Program-made: the position numbers and the translations under genes
Notes under the pieces: model-generated
What the model was told of the DNA's origin: nothing
Databases searched by the model: none
The model's input: only the letters and a program-made list of their open reading frames with translations
Assembly (NCBI GenBank): GCA_965369655.1
Contig: CBDUQR010000004.1
Coordinates: 25,717-89,716, forward strand
From: an uncultured bacterium
GTDB taxonomy: Bacteria; Zixibacteria; MSB-5A5; JAABVY01; JAHJOQ01
Direction: 5' to 3'
DNA: 64,000 bases
In this document: piece by piece, positions 41,326 to 52,400 of the stretch
How the letters are laid out: each line of letters begins with the position of its first letter
Position numbering within the stretch: the first letter of the stretch is position 1

Positions 41326-42616
41326 GAGACTGATTCCAGCGTTTGTGGCCACCCTGTTTGTCATTGTGACGGTCACACCATCCACGGCTGCCGAGATCAT
41401 CGATGAGATAGTCGCTGTAGTGGGTGACTATGTGATCCTGAAATCCGAGGTGGAGTTCCAGGCGCAACTCTGGCTGCTTCAGCGGGAGCAGCAGGGTCAA
41501 CAGGTTTCGGCAGGCGATGTCGACGAGATCAAGAACGATCTGACGCAGCAGATGGTAAATGACAAACTGATTCTCATCAAAGCGTTCAAGGACACGACGA
41601 TTTCGATTTCATCGGAGCAGGTCGAGTCCGCGCTCGACATGAAGCTCGAAGAGTTGAAGGGTCGATTCTCTTCACAGGCTGAGTTCGACAGGCAGATGTT
41701 GCAGGAGGGGCTGACATACAGAGAGGTCAAGAACAAGTTCCGCGAGGAAGTGCGCAATCAGCTTTACAAAGACAAGTTGATTGCACGAGAATTGTCTAAG
41801 ATATCCGTTGCGCCATCTGAGGTCGCGGAGTTCTTCGAAAAATACAGAGACAGCCTTCCACAGCACCCTGACGCGGTGAAACTGTCACACCTGTTGCTCA
41901 AGGTCGAGCCTGGTCAGGGTACTCTCGATTCGGCTAAGGCTCAAGCCGAAAGGGTCAGAGGACTGCTCGACGAGGGCAACGCTTTCGACGAACTGGCCCG
42001 GAACTATTCAGAGGACCCATCAGCGTCGAGCGGCGGTGATCTCGGGTACTTCGGTCGGGGCGATCTGGTCGAGGAGTTCGAGAAAGCGGCTTTCGCACTG
42101 GAGATTGGCGAAACTTCGGATATCGTCCTGACTCAGTACGGCTATCACATCATCAGATGCATGGACAAGCAGGCCGAACGCATCAGGTGCAGTCACATAT
42201 TGTTCCTGACCAAACCGACACAGGAAGACCTTCAGACGGTCATGAGATTCGCCGACAGCCTGAAGTCCGTTGCCGAAGCTGGAGAAGATTTCTCTGCGCT
42301 GGTCAAAGAGCATTCGATCGACGAGGAGACAAAGATACAGGGAGGCGAGCTCGGCTGGTTCATTTCATCGGAGATGACTCCTGAGTTCGCGGTGGCGATC
42401 CAGGGACTCGAACCGGGTGATATCTCTGAGCCGACAGAGTCACAGTTCGGCGTTCATATTCTGAAGGTCCTGGACAAGCAGATCAGTCGACCGTGGAGCA
42501 TGGATGAAGACCGAGATCGTCTCAAAGAATTCGCCCGACGCCAGAAGACTGAGCAGGTCGTCAGCAAGCTCCTCGACGAAATGACCAAAGAGACCTTTGT
42601 CGAGATTCGCAACTGA
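41318..42616 (+). CDS. surA: SurA-like periplasmic chaperone/PPIase
   Basis: IDEIVAVVGD..ILKSE N-domain plus two parvulin domains. Confidence 0.8.
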   Translation: MIKRLIPAFVATLFVIVTVTPSTAAEIIDEIVAVVGDYVILKSEVEFQAQLWLLQREQQGQQVSAGDVDEIKNDLTQQMVNDKLILIKAFKDTTISISSEQVESALDMKLEELKGRFSSQAEFDRQMLQEGLTYREVKNKFREEVRNQLYKDKLIARELSKISVAPSEVAEFFEKYRDSLPQHPDAVKLSHLLLKVEPGQGTLDSAKAQAERVRGLLDEGNAFDELARNYSEDPSASSGGDLGYFGRGDLVEEFEKAAFALEIGETSDIVLTQYGYHIIRCMDKQAERIRCSHILFLTKPTQEDLQTVMRFADSLKSVAEAGEDFSALVKEHSIDEETKIQGGELGWFISSEMTPEFAVAIQGLEPGDISEPTESQFGVHILKVLDKQISRPWSMDEDRDRLKEFARRQKTEQVVSKLLDEMTKETFVEIRN

Positions 42617-42618
42617 GC

Positions 42619-42864
42619 ATGCGTCTCGACGATTATATTTCAACAGTCAGGGTCATCAAGAGACGTACACTCGCGAAAAAGATGATCGAGGGCGGGCTGG
42701 TGAAGCTCAACGGGAAGTCAGTGAAACCGGCTCATCCGGTTCAGGTCGGCGACATGATCCGTGTGACATTCGGACAGAAGAAGATCGATCTGGAGGTCAT
42801 CGAGGTACCGGTAAAATCAGTCCGGAAAGCTGACTGCGAAAACTTCTACAAGAGGTTGATCTGA
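42619..42864 (+). CDS. rqcP: S4-domain RNA-binding protein, YabO/RqcP-like
   Basis: MRLDDY..RVIKRRTLAK..VGD.I.V.FGQK; 81 aa, no Hsp15 C-terminal tail. Confidence 0.75.
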   Translation: MRLDDYISTVRVIKRRTLAKKMIEGGLVKLNGKSVKPAHPVQVGDMIRVTFGQKKIDLEVIEVPVKSVRKADCENFYKRLI

Positions 42865-42913
42865 CATATTCGCACCGAAACGAAGATACCGCAGGTTTGA
42901 ATGCAAACTGTAC

Positions 42914-43105
42914 TGTGGGCGGCAGACGTCCTGAGGCTGACTCAAAAGCCCTATTCTCCAGTAGGTCGGCGTTCCTCAGCAAGCGAAGCTTGCCAGAAAC
43001 CCGACTCCCGCGCAACAAGATGGAAGTGTCGCGTTTCTCACCTGATTACATCAGGTTCGGAACACGACCTACTTATGGGACAACCTCTCCTCGTCTGCCC
43101 CATCT
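42914..43105. repeat. 192-bp composite palindromic element, copy 2
   Basis: Homologous to 18535-18726. Confidence 0.9.
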
Positions 43106-43171
43106 GATGCTGAAATCGGCAAGTTTTAATAAGCCCCAATATTTAAGTACCACTCACCCGGACCTGAACAA

Positions 43172-44296
43172 ATGAGCCGCATGCACAGAACCGACAGTGA
43201 TAAACTGGTAGAGAAGGCGGTCTTAGTCGGCGTCAAAATCGGGCAGACATCGGAATTCGCGTTCCGGGAGTCACTGGACGAACTGGCATCGCTGGTCGTG
43301 TCGGCAGGCGCCGAGGTGGTCGCGACTGTAACTCAGTCCCTTAAGCGCGTCAATTCGACATCCATGGTCGGCAAAGGCAAAGTTGAGGAGATAGCCGACT
43401 GTATCGAGGAGCATGATGCAAATATCGTCGTTTTCGACGATCAGCTCTCGCCTGCCCAGGTACGTAATCTGGAGGAAAAACTGGATGTCAAAGTCATCGA
43501 CAGGGGCGCACTGATTCTGGATATCTTCGGCAAACGTGCAACTACAAATGAGGCACGAGTACAGGTCGAAGTGGCGCAACTCGAGTATATGTTGCCGCGC
43601 CTGACGCGCCAGTGGTCCCATTTCTCGAAACATGTGGGCGGTATCGGGACAAGAGGCCCGGGAGAAACTCAGCTCGAAACCGACAGGCGTCTCACCCGCA
43701 AGCGAATCTCGGCCCTCTCTGATCGACTCAAGAGGATAGACCGGGAGCGAGAGGTACAGCGTAAGAAACGCAGAAACATGTTCAATGTCTGCCTTGTCGG
43801 CTATACCAATGCGGGCAAGTCGACCCTTTTCAACGCCCTGACGAAAGAAAAAGTGTGGGTTGAGAATATGCTCTTCTGCACACTCGACTCGACATCGAGA
43901 TCGCTCTATGTCGGCGACGGACGCAAAGTCATTTTCACCGACACCATCGGATTTATCAGAAAGCTCCCGCACCAGCTCGTTGCATCGTTTAAGGCGACCC
44001 TTGATGAAGTCCGCTACGCGGATCTCTTGATCCATGTCGTAGATTTCTCTCATCCGCACTATGTCAGGAGAATTGCGGACGTCGAAGATGTTCTCTCGGA
44101 TCTTGGCGCCCTCGATGTTCAGAATATCCTCGCCTTTAACAAGATCGATTTGTCATCTGAGGCTTACCTTGATTTTGGCCAAATCGTTGTACCCGAATCA
44201 GATAAGTTCTTCATCTCCGCCACTCAGAAAATCGGACTCGATCTGCTCATTAAGAGAATCGCCCATATAGCCGAAGATAGTAGGGATGGGCAGTAA
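43172..44296 (+). CDS. hflX: GTPase HflX
   Basis: RGPGETQLETDRR, GYTNAGKS, DTIGF, NKID. Confidence 0.97.
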   Translation: MSRMHRTDSDKLVEKAVLVGVKIGQTSEFAFRESLDELASLVVSAGAEVVATVTQSLKRVNSTSMVGKGKVEEIADCIEEHDANIVVFDDQLSPAQVRNLEEKLDVKVIDRGALILDIFGKRATTNEARVQVEVAQLEYMLPRLTRQWSHFSKHVGGIGTRGPGETQLETDRRLTRKRISALSDRLKRIDREREVQRKKRRNMFNVCLVGYTNAGKSTLFNALTKEKVWVENMLFCTLDSTSRSLYVGDGRKVIFTDTIGFIRKLPHQLVASFKATLDEVRYADLLIHVVDFSHPHYVRRIADVEDVLSDLGALDVQNILAFNKIDLSSEAYLDFGQIVVPESDKFFISATQKIGLDLLIKRIAHIAEDSRDGQ

Positions 44297-44312
44297 TTCC
44301 CGGGGAACAGCA

Positions 44313-44678
44313 ATGAGCAGCAATCAGGTTCTCATAGTCGATGACAATCCGAACATGTCGGCGCTACTGTCCGATATGCTCGATGTCTTTGATTTCAGTT
44401 CACAGCAGGCCACTGGCGGAATTGAAGCGCTTGAGAAACTTGCGACCGAGGATTTCTCGATGGTCATCACCGATTTGCGGATGCCGGAAATGTCCGGATC
44501 AGAACTGCTCCGCTCGATCAAAGAAAAGTATCCGGATATGCCGGTCATAGTTATCTCGGGCTACAGTCTTGCCGAAGAGGAGGACGCCGTACTCTCCGAA
44601 TTGGCAGACGAGTTCATCAACAAGCCCTTCCGAATGGACGACATAGAGTGCGTCCTGCAAAAAATTTTCGACAACTGA
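44313..44678 (+). CDS. Single-domain response regulator (receiver)
   Basis: LIVDD, TDLRMP, ISG, KPF. Confidence 0.92.
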   Translation: MSSNQVLIVDDNPNMSALLSDMLDVFDFSSQQATGGIEALEKLATEDFSMVITDLRMPEMSGSELLRSIKEKYPDMPVIVISGYSLAEEEDAVLSELADEFINKPFRMDDIECVLQKIFDN

Positions 44679-44762
44679 TACAGACGCCCCATCTCTCTTC
44701 CACCATCTCATTTCGCACAAATGCTGTCTGGCCGATGATTCGCAATGCAATCACGGTGCCTA

Positions 44763-45953
44763 TTACATCGACTTCCTGAGGATTATCACAGGAGCCTCGG
44801 CGGGACATCCAAGCCTGAACGGAAACCAGTGCCCGACACCGGCAGATGTATAGAGTTGTGACTTGCCATTGATGTACTTTCCCCAGAAGAAGTTCGGCGG
44901 GTCTTCAGATTCAAATACGGATCTGCCTGCCAATCCAGCCTGCCCGCCATGCGTGTGTCCGGCGAGGGTCAGATGCACGCCTTGCTCAGCGGCTCTTGTG
45001 AAACCGCGCGGTCGGTGTGACATCAGCACCTTGAACGACGACTCCGGCGCCGCTGCGAGCGTATAGTCGACCGTCTCGCGAAGAAAGTTGTCGGCATTTC
45101 CCCATAGATCGTACGGATCGTCCGCGCCGCCTACGAACAAATCGACGCCTTTCACATCGATCACTGTCCCCCTGTTCACGAGTAGCGGCACATCACTCTG
45201 CGCATGTATCCTGAAACACTCCCTGACGCCGTGGTAATACTCGTGGTTACCGAGCGATGCAAGACAGCCGTAAGCAGGATTGAGCGAAGCCATCAGGCTG
45301 AGAGTTTTCGGAAGGTCAGTTGTCACGTCGCATATATCACCGGTAATCAGGACCAGGTCGGGGCGATGAATCCGCGCATCATCGATCAGGGTCTCGAGAT
45401 CAGATAAGCGAAAATACCTGCCGAGATGAAGGTCTGAGAAGTGCAGGATTCTGAATCCATCGAGTTGATCCGGCAGGTCATCGTATTTGAAATCGATCTC
45501 CGGGATTTTCACTCCAAGAAATGATGCCGAAAAACCGCCAACTCCGGTGGTCAGCGTCGCGGCGGGAAACGCAACTGCGGCTTTTCTGAGGAAACTCCTG
45601 CGACTGATCTCATCCCCCTTCGTCTTTCCTTCAGGCTGTGATCTGCTATGTCGTTCCAACACGCCCGCAATAATGTGAAAAATTCCTGACAGAGGAAACG
45701 CGAGTGCCATAGCGAGCAGCACTATGAATGCGAATGATGAGACGATCGATCCGATCACTGTAATGAGCATCAGGTCGCTGGCAAATCCGAACAGAAACAG
45801 ACCGGTTCCAATAAGCGTGACAATCGGGACAGCCCAGGCAGCTCGCCGTACTATCCTGATCTTCCACCAATCGCGATTTGCGAATCTAAGAGACAACAGC
45901 GCGATCGCGCTGAGCAGGGCGATGATACTGACTATGACAAGCAGGAACATCAT
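44763..45953 (-). CDS. Membrane-bound metallophosphoesterase (YkuE/YaeI-like)
   Basis: 3 TM, SRRSFL, SDLH, TGD, GNHE, GHTHGGQ. Confidence 0.9.
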   Translation of the reverse strand: MMFLLVIVSIIALLSAIALLSLRFANRDWWKIRIVRRAAWAVPIVTLIGTGLFLFGFASDLMLITVIGSIVSSFAFIVLLAMALAFPLSGIFHIIAGVLERHSRSQPEGKTKGDEISRRSFLRKAAVAFPAATLTTGVGGFSASFLGVKIPEIDFKYDDLPDQLDGFRILHFSDLHLGRYFRLSDLETLIDDARIHRPDLVLITGDICDVTTDLPKTLSLMASLNPAYGCLASLGNHEYYHGVRECFRIHAQSDVPLLVNRGTVIDVKGVDLFVGGADDPYDLWGNADNFLRETVDYTLAAAPESSFKVLMSHRPRGFTRAAEQGVHLTLAGHTHGGQAGLAGRSVFESEDPPNFFWGKYINGKSQLYTSAGVGHWFPFRLGCPAEAPVIILRKSM

Positions 45954-46125
45954 TATCTCACATAACTCCAATGAATCAATACTTGTTCAGTTGAATTCAA
46001 CCGTGTTTCAGGCATCGTTGTATCCACCATGAGCAATGCCAATATAGGAATGGTTGCTGCGAGTGCAAGCCATTGGATTAAAAAAACCCGTTGCTGTTGA
46101 CTGCCTTACTTCATATCTACGTTGT

Positions 46126-47583
46126 ATGAGAGTGGCTGCGTGGCGAAGCCGTGAGGCAGTCTATCCAGAGACGCCCCCGTTCCATCCATCGGAAGAATAC
46201 CCGGAATCGATATTCCCGGAAACCACAGACAGTCAAAACCGAGTCTACGATGGCGTAAGACGGCTTCTTCGACTGCTCGAACTCGATCCGGGCAATTTCG
46301 ATTCACCCGACTGGAATCCACTCGGCGAGATCATCAGCCCCGGCGACACGGTTATGCTGAAGCCGAATCTCATCAAGGAGAGCCATCCACGCGACCCGGA
46401 CGGATGGGTTTACCTGATGACGCACGGCTCCGTTATTCGCGTTGTCGGCGACTATGCGGCCAAAGCCTTGTCGGGGCGGGGAAAGATTATTGTGGCCGAT
46501 GCGCCGCAGACCGATTCGTCCTTTGATCGAATAAGCGCGCTGTTGCACCTGCAGGAAATCCGCGATTTCTATCGCTTTCATGGCATCGATTTCGATCTGA
46601 TCGATCTCAGAAAGTACGAGTGGAAATCTATCGATGACGTTGTAGTATCTCGCAGAGACCTTGCAGGCGATGAGAATGGATATATTACGTTCGATCTCGG
46701 TGACAGGAGTTTGTTCTACGGACATACGGGTGAGGGGAAATACTACGGTGCGGATTACGACACCTCGGAGATCAACAGACATCACAGCGGCACGCGGCAT
46801 GAGTATGTGGTTTCCGGCTCAGCCATCAAGTGCGATGTTCTTATCAATTTGCCGAAGCTCAAGACTCACAAGAAGACCGGCGTCACACTGAGCCTCAAGA
46901 ATCTGGTCGGAATCAACGGTGACAAGAACTACCTGCCGCACTACACGGAGGGCACGCCACGTTCGGGCGGCGACCAGTTCCCCGACGAAACCACAGGTCG
47001 AGAAATCGAGGGCGCAGGACTTAAGGTCGCAAGGAGACTCGCGCTCTCGGTGCCGGTCGTGGGACCGTGGGCATACAGAGTCGCCAAAAAGGCCGGGCAG
47101 GTTGTGTTCGGAAAGACGTCGCAGGTAGTGCGATCCGGCAACTGGCACGGCAATGATACCGCCTGGCGAATGTGTCTCGACCTGAACAGGATTCTCATGT
47201 ATGGCAATCCCGACGGCACATTCAGAGACGATACACCCCGGAAGTATCTCTCGATCATCGACGGCATTATCGGCGGCGATGGCGACGGTCCGATTGATGT
47301 CGATCCCGTGTCATCCGGAATGCTGATCGGGGGATTCGACCCGGTCACCACCGATGCGCTGGCCGCAACTCTGATGGGTATCGATCCGGGCAAACTGGCG
47401 CTGATCCGAAATGCTTTCAGCCTTCGTGATCTCAAGTTGACCGACGATTCCATCGATACAATAGATGTAGCGAGCAATGTACCTGAATGGACCGGCTTGC
47501 TGAGCGAGATAGACGCCGAGTCAACGATGCGATTCAAGCCACATTTCGGATGGAGGGGTTCCATAGAAGTTGACTCAGAATGA
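46126..47583 (+). CDS. DUF362 domain protein
   Basis: LKPNL, INLPKLKTH..GVTLSLKNLVG, DGIIGGDGDGP, DPV..D. Confidence 0.85.
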   Translation: MRVAAWRSREAVYPETPPFHPSEEYPESIFPETTDSQNRVYDGVRRLLRLLELDPGNFDSPDWNPLGEIISPGDTVMLKPNLIKESHPRDPDGWVYLMTHGSVIRVVGDYAAKALSGRGKIIVADAPQTDSSFDRISALLHLQEIRDFYRFHGIDFDLIDLRKYEWKSIDDVVVSRRDLAGDENGYITFDLGDRSLFYGHTGEGKYYGADYDTSEINRHHSGTRHEYVVSGSAIKCDVLINLPKLKTHKKTGVTLSLKNLVGINGDKNYLPHYTEGTPRSGGDQFPDETTGREIEGAGLKVARRLALSVPVVGPWAYRVAKKAGQVVFGKTSQVVRSGNWHGNDTAWRMCLDLNRILMYGNPDGTFRDDTPRKYLSIIDGIIGGDGDGPIDVDPVSSGMLIGGFDPVTTDALAATLMGIDPGKLALIRNAFSLRDLKLTDDSIDTIDVASNVPEWTGLLSEIDAESTMRFKPHFGWRGSIEVDSE

Positions 47584-47664
47584 TAGATATGCAAGGGTGC
47601 AGACCGGGAGAAGTTGTCCCAAAAGACTTGAAAGGTTGTGATCATACTTGCGAAAGAAAGTACA

Positions 47665-47736
47665 GTCATTCCCGCGAAGGCGGGAATCTATTGAATACGT
47701 AGTCGTTAAATGGACTCCCGCCTTCGCGGGAGTGAC
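47665..47736. repeat. ATTCCC-N8-GGGAAT (dRS3-like) inverted pair
   Basis: GTCATTCCCGCGAAGGCGGGAATC and GACTCCCGCCTTCGCGGGAGTGAC. Confidence 0.85.
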
Positions 47737-47811
47737 AAAGTCAGCCTTTCGCTTGAGTTAGTCAACACTTCTGGGACAGCCTCGGGGGGTCTGCCGCCCA
47801 CGCACATGATT

Positions 47812-49203
47812 ATGAGTTTGAAAAAGCTGTATCTGAAATCCCCCGAGTTGCTCAGGAGAGCAGTGAAGCTGATTCCATTTCAGTACCGGATGGGGAGAGT
47901 GTTCAGAAACACGCTCCGATTCCTGATCGAATCGGATATGTGGAGCAGTGAGGAATATCGCGCCTATCAGGGGCAGGAACTTGCGCGCCTGCTGAATTTC
48001 GCGATAGAAAACGTCCCATACTACTCGCGCTACAAACGGCTTCTCGGTGGGGAGCCGTTCGAAATGCTGAGAGAAATCGAACCAGTCACAAAGAGAGACA
48101 TTCAGCGTGATCTCGATCTCTTCGTCGTGCCTGAAGAAAAGCGCAAGCGGTGCCATGTCGTCTACACCGGAGGTAGCTCCGGCTATCCGCTCAAGATGTA
48201 TCTCAACAACGACGCTACAGGAATCGAATGGGCTTTCATGATCGCCCAGTGGATACGAGCCGGATACAGGTTGGGCGACACGAGAGCCGCATTTCGTGGC
48301 ATAGAGTTCAGGGATGACCGGGACTCAGTCGTCAGGAATAACCCTGTCTACGACGAGATATTGCTATCTCCATTCCACCTGACAGATGAATCGCTTGAGA
48401 TATACGTCGCGGAACTCAAACGATTCAAACCGAGATTCCTGCGCGGATATCCATCGGTGCTGACAGTACTGGCGAAGTACATCATGCAGACCGGGATCGA
48501 TAATCTTCCCCGATTCGAAGCCATGCTTTGTGGCTCCGAATCATACACGGACCAGCAGCGCGACCTGCTCGAAACAGTCTTCGACACTCGTTTCTTCTCA
48601 TGGTACGGCATGACCGAGAAAGTAGTGCTCGCAGGCGAGTGCGAATCGTCGAACGACTACCACGCATTCCCTCAGTACGGTGTCACCGAGATTCGGGACA
48701 GCAGCGGCAACATCTCGTCGGAACTCGGAGCCGAGGGCGAAATCGTCGGTACCGGATTCATCAACCGAGTGATGCCGTTCATCAGGTATCGGCTCGAAGA
48801 CCACTCGCAGATCATCGGCGATCGCTGCGAGAAATGCGGTCGAAATCACCTGTTGCTCGGAAAGGTCTCCGGGCATCGTGTGCAGGATGCAATAGTAGGC
48901 TACTCAGGTTCGCGGATATCGATGACTGCGCTGAATATGCACGACGAGACGTTCGCATCGGTCAGGCAGTTTCAGTTCCATCAGAGAGAAAGAGGCAAAG
49001 TCAGGCTCAGCCTGCGAGTGGATTCTCATTTCAACGACGAGAAGCGAAGCCTGATTCTCAAATCACTCAGGCGAAAAACCGGCGACGACATCGATTACGA
49101 TATCAGACTGGTAGATCGTATCGAGGGGACTGAAATCGGCAAGGGCGTATATCTCAAACAGGAAATCGCGAATATCGAGAACTCAACCTCCCAATCCACA
49201 TGA
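47812..49203 (+). CDS. Phenylacetate-CoA ligase / CapK-family adenylate-forming enzyme
   Basis: NVPYY, TGGSSG.P, GYPS, YGMTE, MPFIRY..D. Confidence 0.88.
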   Translation: MSLKKLYLKSPELLRRAVKLIPFQYRMGRVFRNTLRFLIESDMWSSEEYRAYQGQELARLLNFAIENVPYYSRYKRLLGGEPFEMLREIEPVTKRDIQRDLDLFVVPEEKRKRCHVVYTGGSSGYPLKMYLNNDATGIEWAFMIAQWIRAGYRLGDTRAAFRGIEFRDDRDSVVRNNPVYDEILLSPFHLTDESLEIYVAELKRFKPRFLRGYPSVLTVLAKYIMQTGIDNLPRFEAMLCGSESYTDQQRDLLETVFDTRFFSWYGMTEKVVLAGECESSNDYHAFPQYGVTEIRDSSGNISSELGAEGEIVGTGFINRVMPFIRYRLEDHSQIIGDRCEKCGRNHLLLGKVSGHRVQDAIVGYSGSRISMTALNMHDETFASVRQFQFHQRERGKVRLSLRVDSHFNDEKRSLILKSLRRKTGDDIDYDIRLVDRIEGTEIGKGVYLKQEIANIENSTSQST

Positions 49204-49323
49204 CAGAGTCAAGTCGAGCAGGTCAGGAGCCCTGCAAAGTCCTGAGCTTTGCGAAGGGTGCTCCTGACGGGAATCTGCCCGGACAGTAAACGAACTATCA
49301 TCGACTCATTCTGTTGACATCCG

Positions 49324-49398
49324 TTGGTGGACATCGATGATGCCGTCTACTTGATCGTCTACATATTCGAGTCAGGCACGGAGCCATGTGCCGATTGC
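49324..49398 (+). pseudogene. Orphan half-dockerin fragment
   Basis: Reads LVDIDDAVYLIVYIFESGTEPCADC with an in-frame stop just upstream. Confidence 0.7.
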
Positions 49399-49477
49399 CC
49401 ACAGCTCACATCAAATCTGATAACACGAGACCCCACAGCGTCTATACTGCGGTGTCTTGTTGTGATCTGAGATTTCA

Positions 49478-52400
49478 CTATCTGGCTTTCGGCGGTGATG
49501 GCAACGGTGGAAGTGTTTTAGGGTCTGCGTTGATTTTCTTCATAATATTCTCAATCGCAGCATCGAGCTGATCGTCATACCCGAGTGCCAGCCGTTCCGG
49601 AGAGTTATTGACTTCAATATCCGGCACGACCCCGACATTTTCCATGATCCACTCGCCCTTGATACTGTATATTCCCCATTCAGGAACCGTGAAATATCCA
49701 CCGTCTGTAAGTGGCGTGAATCCCCGGATACCGATCACGCCGCCCCACGATCTCTTTCCCATCAGCGGTCCGAGACCATACTCGCGGAAGAAGTATGGGA
49801 AATAGTCTCCGTCGGAGCAGGAGAACTCATTGAGTAACGTTATCATGTACGCGTTCAGCCCTGAGCCGGGCATCGGTCCCGGCGCGGTGTTGCGCCCCAT
49901 GCCCATCGCCATCACGACGCGACGAAGCCGTTCGAGAATCAGGCTCGACACGAATCCGCCACCGTTGTACCTGACATCGATAATCAGGCCGGGTTTCCTG
50001 ATCTGATGATAGAACATCTTCGCGAACCGGACGAGCCCGTAGCTGTCCATGTCAGGAATATGAATGTACCCGATTCTGCCGCTCGATACCGAATCGACAT
50101 ACTCCCGGTTGCGCTCCACAGCATCGAAATAGCGGAGAGGTGCCTCCGCAGCTATCGGCTTGACCGTCGCCTCGCGCGCGCCCTCGAAGTCGGGCTTGTC
50201 ATTGACCGTCAGGACTACTGTCTTGCCGACGGTATTGAGAGTGAGCGAGTAGGGATTGACATCTGCTGTTATTTCTTTTCCGTCGATAGCAAGGAGATAA
50301 TCCCCCTCTTTGACATCGACGCCCGGATCGAGTAGAGGCGACCTGACATAGTCGTCCCAGTTTTCTCCACGCAGAATTCGCGCTATTCTTATTCGATTAT
50401 TCTCTTTGTCGATTTTGAAATCCGCGCCTAACAACCCAATCTTGCTGCCGGGCACTTTAGGCGCATCGCCTCCACCAACGTAGGTGTGTGAGCAGGAGAG
50501 TTCGCCTATCATCTCCCCCAGCAGATACGTCAAATCGAATCGATGCACTATATACGGCAGGAGTTTTCTGTACTTCTCTCCAGTCGCCGCCCAGTCGACC
50601 CCGTGCATCTCAGCGTCATAGAAGAAATCGCGCTGCATCCGCCAGACCTCGTCGAACATCTGCCCGTACTCGGCGCTGCGATCGAGATACATTTCCATGT
50701 GGGAGAGGTTGAGCTTCTTATCTTCGAGATCGACTTTGTCTCCCTCCGTGCCTGTGATGAAGAACTCCGAGCCTTTCCGCAGGATCATCTTTTTGCCATC
50801 ACAGGTGTATCTGTAGCCGGATATGCCCTCCGCGAATTCGTGATCTTTCTTTTCTTTGATGTCGTATTTATGCAACACGTTTTTATCATCGAGAATCTTG
50901 CCGCGCAGTCCGTATATCGGGCGAGAGGAGTAATAGACAGTACCAGATACAGCACGCAGGCCGCCATAGTTTCCGGGTGAGAGATCAAACGCCACTTGCC
51001 GATCGAAAATCCCGTCGAAATCTATCACAACATCGACAGGTTCTTTCTTTTCCTTTTCGTCCTCGTCGGATTTCTTCTTCCCAACGATTTGGGTAGTATC
51101 AACCTCATCGCTCTCCGGACCAAACGGTGACTCCTGGTCGCTCCTGAGCAGGATGAGAAATAGGTTTGTGATCGCCTTGTTCACAAACTCGAATTCATAC
51201 GTTCCGAGGATCGGGTTGAAATCACGCTCCGACAGGAAGTACAAGTAGTCACCATTCGGATCAAAGACCGGATCGAAATCGTTGGTGAATCCTTCGGTCA
51301 CTCTATGAACCTTATCGTCATCGAATGAGTAGACGAAAATCGAGCTAATGCGTGCTTCATCCCTCTTAGCGTAGGCGAGGAATCTACTGTCGGGTGACCA
51401 TGAATACCGACGAATCTCGTTTCTGTCCGCCTTGTCGATTTGATATGTCTTCTTCTCATCGACATCGATGACATACAGTACCAGATTCTTGTCGGAGAAC
51501 GCTATCTTTTTGCTGTCGGGCGACCACCTCGTTTCATAGCGACGACAGTGGCCGTCGGTCGTCAGCCTGATTCTTTTTTTGTCGTCGTGCGAGACAAGAT
51601 AGAGCTCTTCTTCGCCTGTAGCATCAGAGGTATAGCATATCCACTTGCCGTCAGGCGACCATTCCGGAAGCCTGTCATGAGCATCCGACGAATTCGTCAG
51701 GTTTCTCGTGTTGCCGTCTTTTTTCGGTACCGTGAATATCTCTCCCCTGGCCGAGAAGACCGCGCGGTTGCCGTCGGGAGAAAGATGGAAACCTCGAATC
51801 TTATCTGAAACATCGACATACTCGGGACGCATCGAATGTCCATCGGTCCTGAGTGATATTTCGATCTTGTTCAGTTTCTCCGATGGCAGATCAAACACAT
51901 AAACATACCCCGCATTTTCAAACGCAATTCCATCAGGACCGAGACTCGGCCAGCGCACATCGAAATCTGTGAACTCAGTAACCTGTCGGGTGTCACCGGT
52001 TCTGAGATCATAGCAGAACAGATTCAGAGTCCCGGTACGATCAGAATTGAAATATATTTTATCGTCGTACCACATCGGCATGTTGTCGCTGCCGACCCAG
52101 TCAGTAATCTTCTCAGCGGTCATATTTTCCAGATCGAACGTCCAGACATCCTGCGCCATGCCACCCTTGTAACGCTTCCAGGTGCGAAAGTCCCGGAATA
52201 TAGGAGAATAGGCGACCATCTTCGCATCGGGCGAGAAAGATGTGAAACCGGCGACCTTCATCGGGAGCGGCTCCGGCAATCCCCCGCTCAGATTGACGAG
52301 ATACGCACGGCCATCCCACCAGTCTGCTGGATCCTTGCGGGACCGAAACAGGACCCGTTTCCCGTCAGGATGCCATCCGAGGACTATGTTCTCCGGCCCG

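Noticed and set aside
42797-43175. Short ORFs similar to those at 18522-18737 and 52894-53148 as a small-protein family
   Set aside because: The similarity comes from translating the palindromic DNA repeat; starts and frames are not conserved.
47710-47811. N-terminal extension MDSRLRGSD of the CapK-like ORF
   Set aside because: It is the translation of the ATTCCC-N8-GGGAAT repeat; the real start is probably 47806 or 47812.
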